A stretch of DNA of 64,000 nt from an uncultured Candidatus Rokubacteria bacterium (GTDB taxonomy: Bacteria > Methylomirabilota > Methylomirabilia > Rokubacteriales > CSP1-6), in contig CAVXJS010000009.1 of assembly GCA_963762145.1 (NCBI GenBank), positions 768,001 to 832,000 of the forward strand, written 5' to 3'. Below are positions 22,604 through 30,559 of this stretch, in pieces; within the stretch, counting starts at the first letter, position 1, and the number at the start of each line of letters is the position of its first letter. The position numbers and the translations under genes were made by a program. The notes below the pieces were generated by a model. That model had not been told where the DNA came from, made no database searches, and saw only the letters and a list, made by a program, of their open reading frames with translations.

Positions 22604-23416
22604 TCAGTCGATCGGAACAGGCTCCCAGGGGAACCGCTGCTCGGCCGTGTTCTCGGTCCGGGTCAGGGCCGCCCGCCGGGAGAACAGGGCCGTACCGGTC
22701 ACCGCGGAGATCCAGGTGATGTCCAGATAGGTCACCCCCCGCCGCTCGATCAGCATGGGAACCAGCCAGCCCGAGACCTCCAGGGCCCTCCCGGACGCCC
22801 TGGCCTTGTCCGGACTGACCAGCAGCTCCTCGCTGCGGGTCTTCTGGCTCAGCAGGTGCTCCTGCACCAGGGTGGGGTCGGCGACCTGGAACCGCTTCGT
22901 CTGCTCCAGGGCGTTGGCGAGCATGAAGGGCACCCGCCGCAGGTCCGCGTTGGCGGCCTTGGTGAGGTCGGTGGCCGGCGCCACCGCGACGCGGATCCGA
23001 CCCTTGGTGATGCGCACCCCGTCCTCGGGCTCGGGCGTCGGCTTGCCGCCGGCCGGCACGAAGAGCGCCTCGGTGTACTGCGGGTGCAGGCGAACGATCT
23101 GGGCGTAGCCGAGGACGTCCTCGTAACGCCCCAGCGGCCGGCCGTTGATCGGGTGCCGGAAGGCCTCGCCCTTTCGGAAGACCGAGTACTCCTGCCCGGG
23201 CTGCACCCCGCTCTTCTCCGTGAGATCGATGAAGAGCCGGTCACCCTCGGCCGCGACCACGAGGCCTTCCGCGGGCGGAAACGCGCTGACCACGTCCTGG
23301 ATCAGGAGGCCGAAGGTGGCGCCGACCTGATCCGCGGTCCCCGCCCCCGCCGGCCCCGCCAGCAGGACGACGAGCAAGGGCAGCGCGATCAGTCGCCTCC
23401 AGGGCATCGATCCCAT
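22604..23416 (-). CDS. secreted protein with FlgT C-terminal-like domain
   Basis: Signal peptide and LFIDL...HPINGRPLG segment resembling its neighbours. Confidence 0.72.
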   Translation of the reverse strand: MGSMPWRRLIALPLLVVLLAGPAGAGTADQVGATFGLLIQDVVSAFPPAEGLVVAAEGDRLFIDLTEKSGVQPGQEYSVFRKGEAFRHPINGRPLGRYEDVLGYAQIVRLHPQYTEALFVPAGGKPTPEPEDGVRITKGRIRVAVAPATDLTKAANADLRRVPFMLANALEQTKRFQVADPTLVQEHLLSQKTRSEELLVSPDKARASGRALEVSGWLVPMLIERRGVTYLDITWISAVTGTALFSRRAALTRTENTAEQRFPWEPVPID

Positions 23417-23417
23417 C

Positions 23418-25088
23418 CTAGAACACCACCGAGGGCTGATGGACGCCGAACACGCGCCTCAGGGTGTCGCAGATCTCGCCGAGCGTCACCTGCGCCCGCA
23501 CCGCGGTCAGGATGTGGGGCAGCAGGTTGTCGCGGCCGCGGGCGGCCCGATCCACCGCCTCGAGCGCGCGATCGGCGGCGGACGCGTCACGCGTCCGGCG
23601 AATGACCGCGAGGCGCTCGGCCAGGGCCTGGCCGACGGTGGCGTCCACCTGGAAGAGGTTCGCGGGCGGCGGCTCCTCCATGACGAACTCGTTCACGCCC
23701 ACCACCACGCGCTGCTTGGCCTCCACGTCCTGCTGGTAGCGGTAGGCCGCCTCCTGGATCTCGCGCTGCATGAACGGGATGGCGTGCACCGACCCGCCCA
23801 GGCCGTCGATCTTGGCGATGTAGGTCTCGGCCTCCTCCTCGATCCGCTTCGTGATGCGCTCGATCGAGTACGAGCCGCCGAGCGGATCGACGATGTCGGC
23901 CACCCCGGACTCGTGGGCCAGGACCTGCTGGGTGCGGAGCGCGAGGCGGACCGCGGCCTCGCTCGGCAGGGACAGGGCCTCGTCCATCGAGTTGGTGTGG
24001 AGCGACTGGCAACCCCCCAGCACCGCGGCCAGCGCCTGCACCGCCACGCGCACGATGTTGTTTTCCGGCTGCTGGGCGGTGAGCATGCTCCCCGCGGTCT
24101 GGGCATGGAAGCGCAGCATCCGCGAGCGCGGATCCCGTGCGCCGAAGCGATCCTTCATGATGCGGGCCCACAGCCGCCGGGCCGCCCGGAACTTGGCCAC
24201 CTCCTCGAGGAGGTTGTTGTGGGCGTTGAAGAAGAACGACAGCTGCGGTGCGAACTCATCCACCTTGAGCCCGGCTTCCTGGGCCGCGGTCACGTAGGCG
24301 ATGCCGTTGGCGAGCGTGAAGGCGACCTCCTGGGCCGCGGTGGACCCGGCCTCCCGCAGGTGATAGCCCGAGATCGAGATCGTGTTCCAGCGCGGCACCC
24401 GCTCGCGGCAGAACGCAAAGGTATCGGTGATCAGTCGCATGGACGGGCCGGGAGGGTACACGTAGGTCCCCCGCGCGATGTACTCCTTCAGGATGTCGTT
24501 CTGGACCGTTCCCGAGATCCGGTCCGACGACACGCCCTGCCGCTCTCCCACCGCCATGTACAGGCAGAGCAGGATGGACGCGGTGGAGTTGATGGTCATC
24601 GAGGTCGAGACCCGGTCGAGCGGGATGGCCTCGAACAGGGCCGCCATGTCCTCCACGCTCGAGATCGCCACCCCGACCTTGCCGACCTCGCTGCGGGCCA
24701 CCTCGTGGTCCGCGTCGTACCCCATCTGGGTGGGCAGGTCGAAGGCCACGCTGAGGCCGCTCTGTCCCTGCGCGAGCAGATAGCGGAAGCGCTGGTTGGT
24801 CTCGGTCGCCGAGCCGAAGCCCGCGTACTGGCGCATCGTCCAGAACCGCCCGCGGTACATCGTGGGCTGCACGCCGCGCGTGTACGGGAACTCGCCCGGG
24901 AACCCCAGGTCCCGCACGTAGTCCACCCCCGCGGTATCCGCGGGCGTGTGCAGGCGCTCGACCGGCGCGCCGGCCGAATCCGCGAAGGGGCCCGGCCGCT
25001 CGGGGGACCGGGCCAGCGAGGGCTTGAGCGTCCGCTCCTCCCACTCGCGGCGGGCCTGCTCGAACCGCGCCTGCTCTTCCGGCGTCAT
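23418..25088 (-). CDS. methylmalonyl-CoA mutase, substrate-binding (large) subunit
   Basis: [33 protein letters not shown] and SISGYH. No C-terminal B12-binding DxHxxG domain. Confidence 0.93.
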   Translation of the reverse strand: MTPEEQARFEQARREWEERTLKPSLARSPERPGPFADSAGAPVERLHTPADTAGVDYVRDLGFPGEFPYTRGVQPTMYRGRFWTMRQYAGFGSATETNQRFRYLLAQGQSGLSVAFDLPTQMGYDADHEVARSEVGKVGVAISSVEDMAALFEAIPLDRVSTSMTINSTASILLCLYMAVGERQGVSSDRISGTVQNDILKEYIARGTYVYPPGPSMRLITDTFAFCRERVPRWNTISISGYHLREAGSTAAQEVAFTLANGIAYVTAAQEAGLKVDEFAPQLSFFFNAHNNLLEEVAKFRAARRLWARIMKDRFGARDPRSRMLRFHAQTAGSMLTAQQPENNIVRVAVQALAAVLGGCQSLHTNSMDEALSLPSEAAVRLALRTQQVLAHESGVADIVDPLGGSYSIERITKRIEEEAETYIAKIDGLGGSVHAIPFMQREIQEAAYRYQQDVEAKQRVVVGVNEFVMEEPPPANLFQVDATVGQALAERLAVIRRTRDASAADRALEAVDRAARGRDNLLPHILTAVRAQVTLGEICDTLRRVFGVHQPSVVF

Positions 25089-25116
25089 CGGAACCACGTC
25101 ACAGTGGGGGGCCACG

Positions 25117-26668
25117 TCATAGGGGAATATTCCCGTGCTTCTTGGGCGGGTTGCTGTCGCGCTTGGTGTGCAGGACCTCGAGGGCCTGGATCAGTCGCCG
25201 CCTCGTGTCGCGCGGCTCGATCACCTCGTCGATGTAGCCCCGCTCCGCCGCCACGAACGGGTTGGCGAACTTCTCCCGGTACTCGCGCACCTTCTCGTCC
25301 TTGAGCGCGGCGGGATCCGGCGCCCCGTCCATCTCGCGCCGGTACAGGATGTTCACCGCCCCGTCGGGGCCCATCACCGCGATCTCGGCGGTGGGGAACG
25401 CGAAGTTGGCGTCACCGCGGATGTGCTTCGACGACATCACGCAGTAGGCGCCCCCGTAGGCCTTGCGGGTGATCACGGTGAGCTTCGGCACCGTGGCCTC
25501 GCAGAAGGCGAAGAGCAGCTTGGCCCCGTGCTTGATGATGCCACCGAACTCCTGGGCGGTCCCGGGCAGGAACCCGGGCACGTCCTCGAAGGTCACGATG
25601 GGGATGTTGAAGCAATCGCAGAACCGCACGAAGCGCGCCCCCTTGACCGAGGCGTTGATGTCGAGGCAGCCGGCCAGGTGCGCGGGCTGGTTGGCGACGA
25701 TTCCCACCGGGCGGCCCCCGAGCCGTCCGAAGCCGATCACCAGATTCGGCGCGAAGTCGGCCTGCACCTCGAAGAAGTACCGGTCGTCGAGCACCGGCCG
25801 CACGATGTCCTTGATGTCGTAGGGCCGGTTCGGCTGCTCCGGCACCACCGTCTGCAGCTCCTCGTCCACCCGGTCCACCGGATCGAGCGAGGGCCGGATC
25901 GGCGGGATCCTCGGCATTGTTCTGCGGCAGGAAGGTCAGCAGCTCGCGGATGAGGGCCAGGCACTCCTCCTCGTTCTCCGCCGCGAAGTGGGCCACTCCC
26001 GAGGTCGCGCCGTGGGTGGAGGCGCCGCCCAGGTCCTCGAACGAGACCTCCTCGTGGGTCACCGCCCGGATCACGTCGGGCCCGGTCACGAACATGTACG
26101 AGCTGTGCTTGACCATGAACACGAAGTCGGTGATGGCCGGAGAGTAGACCGCCCCGCCCGCGCACGGTCCCATGATGGCCGAGATCTGGGGCACCACTCC
26201 CGAGGCCAGGGTGTTGCGCAGGAAGATGTCCGCATAGCCGGCCAGCGAGACCACGCCCTCCTGGATCCTCGCCCCACCCGAGTCGTTGAGGCCGATGATG
26301 GGGGTGCCCGTCTTCATGGCGAGATCCATGATCTTGCAGATCTTCCGCGCGTAGGCTTCCGAGAGCGACCCGCCGAAGACGGTGAAGTCCTGGGCGAACA
26401 CGAAGACCGGTCGGCCGTGGATGCGGCCCGCCCCCGTGACGACCCCGTCACCCGGGAAGCGCTGCTCGTCCATGCCGAAGTCCACGCTCTGGTGAACGAC
26501 CAGGCGGTCCATCTCGTTGAACGATCCCTTGTCGACGAGCAGCTCGACGCGCTCGCGCGCGGTCTTCTTGCCCGCGTTGTGCTGCCGGGCGATCCGTTCC
26601 GGGCCGCCCGCGAGCTCGGCCGCCTCGTTGCGTCGTCGGAGCTCATCGAAGCGATCGTGGAGGGGCAT
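25117..26668 (-). CDS. pccB: acyl-CoA (propionyl/methylmalonyl-CoA) carboxylase beta subunit with one +1 frameshift near 25905
   Basis: [35 protein letters not shown] and KHGNIPL motifs. One extra base in the GGG run at 25904-25906 splits NNAED/PPIRP, probably a sequencing error. Confidence 0.9.
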
Positions 26669-26688
26669 GGCGGGACCTCTGCTGATGG

Positions 26689-26776
26689 AGTATAGGGGTC
26701 CCCGTCCCGGAAAGTCAATGAATGCGGGCGCTTCTCGGCCCCTTTCATTGACTTGCACGATGCCGCCTGCCATACT
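26689..26776. promoter_or_regulatory. back-to-back sigma70 promoters
   Basis: Minus: TTGACT (26718-26713), 18 bp, TATACT (26694-26689). Plus: TTGACT (26748-26753), 17 bp, CATACT (26771-26776). Confidence 0.75.
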
Positions 26777-26785
26777 CGGTTCCCG

Positions 26786-27166
26786 ATGACCCCCCTCGCG
26801 GTTGGCATCATTCTCGCCTGCGTCGTGGCGCTCACGATCGTGCTGATCTCCACCCTGCTGTCCGTCAAGAAGACGGCCGCGCGCGCGGAGAGCGTGCTCG
26901 CCCAGGTGGAGCGTGAAGTCCGTCCGATGGCGAGCGAGCTCGAGAGCTTGACCGGCGAGCTGCAGAAGCTCTCGCGCAATGCCAACGACAACCTCCAGCG
27001 GATCGGGGGAATCGTGGATCGCGTCGAGGACATCTCGGTGCAGGCGGCGCGGATCGCGGGCGCGGTGGCGGGGCTCACGCGCGTAGGGCAGTATGCGGGC
27101 ATGGCGGCCGGCGTCAAGCGGGGCGTCGAAGTCTTCCTTCACCGGCTCAAGGACCGACACCACTGA
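26786..27166 (+). CDS. DUF948-like membrane-anchored coiled-coil protein
   Basis: N-terminal TM helix followed by a helical region, typical DUF948-YtxH gene pair. Confidence 0.75.
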   Translation: MTPLAVGIILACVVALTIVLISTLLSVKKTAARAESVLAQVEREVRPMASELESLTGELQKLSRNANDNLQRIGGIVDRVEDISVQAARIAGAVAGLTRVGQYAGMAAGVKRGVEVFLHRLKDRHH

Positions 27167-27192
27167 TCGGCGGCAAGGCCAAGGAGAAGACC

Positions 27193-27507
27193 ATGGCGGA
27201 TGAACGCGGAAACGACGCGGCGGGTTACCTCGGGTGGTTCTTCCTCGGCGCCATCGCGGGCGCGGCGGCGGCCGTCCTCCTCACGCCCAAGACGGGGCGC
27301 GAGACGCGCGAGCTGCTGGCCGAGCACAGCGGCGATCTCCTCAAGCGCGCCCAGGACGTGGCGGGCCAGGCGCAGGATCGCGCGGGAGATCTCTTCGACA
27401 AGGGCCGCGAGTACTTCGAGGAGCAGGCGCAGCGTTTGACCTCGGCCTTCGAGGCGGGCCGCTCGGCCATGAAGGACGAGATCACGCGGGGGCGCTCCAG
27501 CAACTAA
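27193..27507 (+). CDS. YtxH domain protein
   Basis: [24 protein letters not shown] signature with SD AAGGAG. Confidence 0.88.
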   Translation: MADERGNDAAGYLGWFFLGAIAGAAAAVLLTPKTGRETRELLAEHSGDLLKRAQDVAGQAQDRAGDLFDKGREYFEEQAQRLTSAFEAGRSAMKDEITRGRSSN

Positions 27508-27510
27508 CGC

Positions 27511-28110
27511 ATGGCGGCGGAAGTCGAGCTACCCAAGCCCGACGACCTGCACGAGCACGCCGCCAGTTCCTTCAGCCGTCGGGTCGCGCTGGTCACGGCC
27601 ATCTACGCGGTGGCCCTGGCCATCGCGGCCCTCGGCGGCAACCACGCGGTCAAGGAAATGCTGCTGGCCCAGCAGCTGTCCACCGACCAGTGGGCGTTCT
27701 ACCAGGCCAAGGTCATCCGCGAGCATCTCTACCGCGCCCAGAAGATGGGCCTCGAGGTGGATCTGGCCTAGCGCGCCGCGGCGCCTCAAGCGGCGGCGCG
27801 CGAGCGGATGGAGGCGCTTCTCAAGAAGTTCGACGAGGAGGAGAAGCGCTACAACGCCGAGAAGTAGGACATCGAGAAGGACGCCAAGAAGCTCGAGGCG
27901 CTCCGCGACACCTACCAGGCCCGCGAGCCCTACTTCCTGGTCGCGGAGGCGTTGCTGCAGATCGCCATCGTGATGTCGTCGGTGTCCATCCTGGCTCGCT
28001 CGGGCCTGATCTTCTCGGTCAGCCTCGTCCTCGCCGTGGTGGGCGCCGTCCTGACCCTCAACGGCTACTTCACGATCTTCCACCTCCCGTTCTTTCACGG
28101 CGGCCACTAG
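27511..28110 (+). pseudogene. DUF4337-like membrane protein with two in-frame TAG codons
   Basis: The frame continues past TAG 27769-27771 and TAG 27865-27867 with family-like sequence (DQWAFYQAK; AEALLQIAIVMSSVSIL, TM helices) to TAG 28108-28110. Confidence 0.75.
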
Positions 28111-28112
28111 GC

Positions 28113-28135
28113 TCGGAGGGGGGCTATGCCCCCCT
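28113..28135. repeat. left part of a REP-like hairpin interrupted by IS110
   Basis: TCGGAGGGGGGCTATGCCCCCCT joined to TCCGA (29263-29267) reconstitutes the hairpin TCGGAGGGGGGC-TAT-GCCCCCC(T)TCCGA. Confidence 0.8.
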
Positions 28136-28147
28136 TGTATCTTAGGA

Positions 28148-28312
28148 ACTCCGGCGGATAGCGTAGCCGGAGTGAAGGCGGGCGGGAGCCCGCGCCCCCC
28201 TGGGTCGGCCAAGACCGTTCGGAAGCCTGGGGCCCTGCCTGCCGCTTCACGTGCCGTGAACCCGAACAGTCGCTTGGGCCGCTCGGCGAGCCCGCATCGA
28301 CAAGGACGGGAC
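28148..28312 (+). ncRNA. predicted IS110 bridge RNA
   Basis: 5' hairpin 28148-28173, target-binding loop with guides at 28193-28201 and 28219-28225, donor-binding loop with guides at 28266-28274 and 28300-28304, all matching the insertion junctions. Ends are approximate. Confidence 0.85.
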
Positions 28313-29245
28313 ATGGAACGGATCTTCGTGGGGCTGGATGTCTCGAAGGATCGGCTGGACGTGCATGTACGCCCCACGGATGAGCAGTTCGCGGTGGCGT
28401 ACGAAGAGGCGGGGGTGGCCACGCTGGTGCACCGGCTGGTCGACCTGCGGCCGATGCTGATTGTGCTGGAAGCGACCGGCGGGTATGAGAGCGCCGTCGC
28501 CGCCGCGCTGGCACACGCCGGGTTACCGGTGGCGGTGGTCAATCCCCGGCAGGTCCGGCAGTTTGCGCTGGCCACGGGGCAGCTGGCGAAGACGGATCGG
28601 CTCGATGCGCGGGCCAATGCGCGCTTTGCGGAGTTGGTGCAGCCGGCGGCGCGGCCGCTGGCCACGGAGCAGGCGCAGGGGCTGGGGGAACTCGTGGCCC
28701 GGCGGCGCCAGCTCGTCGATATGCTGGGGGCCGAGCAGAACCGGCATCGCCAAGCGCGGGTCCGCGGGCTGCAACAGCGCATCCGGGCGCACGTCACGTG
28801 GCTCACGCGGGCGATCGCGGAGGTCGACAAGGCGATCGCCCGGCTCATTCGCACGAGCTCCGTGTGGCGGGAGACGGAGGATCTGCTGACCTCGGCGCCG
28901 GGGATTGGCGCCCTCACCGCGCACGCGCTGATCGCCGACCTCCCGGAACTGGGTCGGCTGGATCGGCGTCGGATTGCCGCGCTCGTCGGCCTGGCGCCGT
29001 GGAATCGCGACAGCGGCCGCTGGCGGGGGCGGCGCATGATCGGCGGGGGCCGGGCCGCCGTCCGCCGCGCGCTGTACATGCCCACCATCGTGGCGATTCA
29101 CCACAACCCGGTGATCCGGGAGGTCTACCGGCGGCTCACGGCCGCGGGCCGCCCCAAGAAGGTCGCCGTCATCGCGGCCATGCGCAAGCTACTCACGATC
29201 CTCAACGCCATGCTCCGGGACCGCCGCCCATGGCAACCCGCTTGA
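28313..29245 (+). CDS. IS110 family DEDD transposase/recombinase (310 aa)
   Basis: GLDVSK, LEATGGY and KTDRLDA (RuvC-like DEDD), PGIG, GLAP...DSG (catalytic Ser), AMRKLL. Start ATG 28313. Confidence 0.96.
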   Translation: MERIFVGLDVSKDRLDVHVRPTDEQFAVAYEEAGVATLVHRLVDLRPMLIVLEATGGYESAVAAALAHAGLPVAVVNPRQVRQFALATGQLAKTDRLDARANARFAELVQPAARPLATEQAQGLGELVARRRQLVDMLGAEQNRHRQARVRGLQQRIRAHVTWLTRAIAEVDKAIARLIRTSSVWRETEDLLTSAPGIGALTAHALIADLPELGRLDRRRIAALVGLAPWNRDSGRWRGRRMIGGGRAAVRRALYMPTIVAIHHNPVIREVYRRLTAAGRPKKVAVIAAMRKLLTILNAMLRDRRPWQPA

Positions 29246-29262
29246 CCGGCAAGACAGTCGCT

Positions 29263-29343
29263 TCCGACGGTCGTCGCGCGCCGGACGGCGCACTCCTCCC
29301 TGCCTCCCCCCAAGCGGATTGCGCGGGCGAAGCCCGCGCTCGA
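29263..29343. repeat. remainder of a composite REP/BIME-like intergenic repeat
   Basis: TCCGA...CCTCCCCCCAAG...GCGCGGGC-GAA-GCCCGCGC hairpin (29321-29339) between convergent genes. Confidence 0.6.
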
Positions 29344-29354
29344 AACGGCCGGGA

Positions 29355-30512
29355 CTAGCGGCGGAAGTCGGCGCGGGTCGGCAGCAGCCGGTCGGCGATG
29401 AGGTTGCGCATCATCTCGACGGTGCCCCCGCCGATCGCGAACATGCGGGCGTCGCGCGCCATGCGCTCGAGGGGCAGGCCGCGCCCGTAGCCGGCCGCCC
29501 CGTGGATCTGGAGCGCCTGGCCGGTCACCTCCTGCGCCATCTCGGCCGCGAAGGTCTTGGCCTCGGCGGCCTCGAGCGCGTCCGGGAACCCGGCGCCCGC
29601 GTTGGCGGCGGCGCGGTGGATGAGCAGTCGGGCCGCGTCGAGCTTGATCGCCATGTCGGCCAGCTTCCAGCGGATACCCTGGAAGTCGCCGATGACCCGG
29701 CCGAACTGTCGCCGCGTGCCCGCGTAGGCCAGGGCGAGCTCGTACGCGCCCTGGGCCAGGCCGAGGGCCACCGTGGCGGCGCCAAGGCGCTGGCTGTTGT
29801 AGGCCTCCATCAGCTTCTTGAAGCCGTCGGGCGGACCCACCAGCACGTGCTCACGGGGCACGCGACAGCCCTCGAAGTGGAGCCGCCCCTCGGGGATGCC
29901 GCGGAGGCCCATGGTGTGGTCGCGCTCGCCGACGCGGAATCCCGGCGTGTCGCGCTCGACGAAGAGGCCGCCGATGCCCGCCGCTCCCGGCTTCCCGCCC
30001 ATGCGGCAATAGACGAGATGGAGCCGAGACGTCCCGGCGCCGGTGATCCATCGCTTCTCCCCGTGGAGGGCGTAGCCCTCGGGCGCCTCGTCGGCGCGGG
30101 TCACGAGGTCGGTCGCCGCCGAGCCCGCCTCGGGCTCGGTGATCGCGATCGCGGGCTTGTCGCCCTCGAGCACCCACGGGAAGTAGCGCCGCTTCTGCGA
30201 CTCGGTCCCGTACGCGGTGAGCGCCCCGACCACCCCGAGGCTTCCCTCGACCACGATGCGCGCGGTGACCCCGCAGGCGCGCGCGATCTCCTCGACGACC
30301 AGCAAGACATCGAGGATGGACGCGCCGGCTCCTCCGAACGCCCGGGGAATGCTGAGCCCCATGAAGCCGGCCTGGACCAGATCCTTCACGTTGTCCCAGG
30401 GGTATTCCTCGGCGGCGTCCCAGCGGGCGGCGCGGTCGCGGAAGACGGTGTCGGCCAGGTGGCGCGCGCGAGCCTTGAGTGCTTCCTGCTCCGCAGTGAG
30501 CTTGAAGTCCAT
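29355..30512 (-). CDS. acyl-CoA dehydrogenase family protein
   Basis: AITEPEAGS, GEKRWIT, MGLRG, RRQFG, QIHGAAGY and IGGGT motifs. Confidence 0.93.
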   Translation of the reverse strand: MDFKLTAEQEALKARARHLADTVFRDRAARWDAAEEYPWDNVKDLVQAGFMGLSIPRAFGGAGASILDVLLVVEEIARACGVTARIVVEGSLGVVGALTAYGTESQKRRYFPWVLEGDKPAIAITEPEAGSAATDLVTRADEAPEGYALHGEKRWITGAGTSRLHLVYCRMGGKPGAAGIGGLFVERDTPGFRVGERDHTMGLRGIPEGRLHFEGCRVPREHVLVGPPDGFKKLMEAYNSQRLGAATVALGLAQGAYELALAYAGTRRQFGRVIGDFQGIRWKLADMAIKLDAARLLIHRAAANAGAGFPDALEAAEAKTFAAEMAQEVTGQALQIHGAAGYGRGLPLERMARDARMFAIGGGTVEMMRNLIADRLLPTRADFRR

Positions 30513-30517
30513 GTCGG

Positions 30518-30552
30518 CCCCCTCACCCTGCCTCTCCCCGCTGGGGAGAGGG
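30518..30552. repeat. REP-like palindrome of the CCCTCACCC...CTCTCCC...GGGAGAGG type
   Basis: CCTCTCCCC-GCT-GGGGAGAGG hairpin preceded by CCCTCACCC, between lpdA and the ACAD gene. Confidence 0.65.
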
Positions 30553-30559
30553 AGAAGAA

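Larger units (their letters stand above)
28136..29260 (+). mobile_element. IS110-family insertion sequence (IS110 group, non-coding left end)
   Basis: Bounded by CT cores at 28134-28135 and 29261-29262. No long terminal inverted repeats or target duplication. Encodes a DEDD recombinase. Confidence 0.92.

Noticed and set aside
23418-25088. Truncated mutase lacking the B12-binding domain
   Set aside because: Two-subunit mutases with a separate B12-binding gene are well known. The specificity residues (QYAGF Tyr, ARG Arg) are the ordinary methylmalonyl-CoA type.
25900-25920. Programmed frameshift or split gene in pccB
   Set aside because: A single extra base in a short homopolymer with no slippery heptamer. 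A sequencing error is the simplest explanation.
27511-28110. Genome-wide amber recoding or DGR-type mutagenesis
   Set aside because: Many intact genes here end in TAG, and no reverse transcriptase or template/variable repeat pair is visible.
28172-28312. N-terminal extension of the IS110 transposase shown in the ORF track
   Set aside because: The DEDD domain begins at ATG 28313. The upstream segment is the structured bridge RNA.
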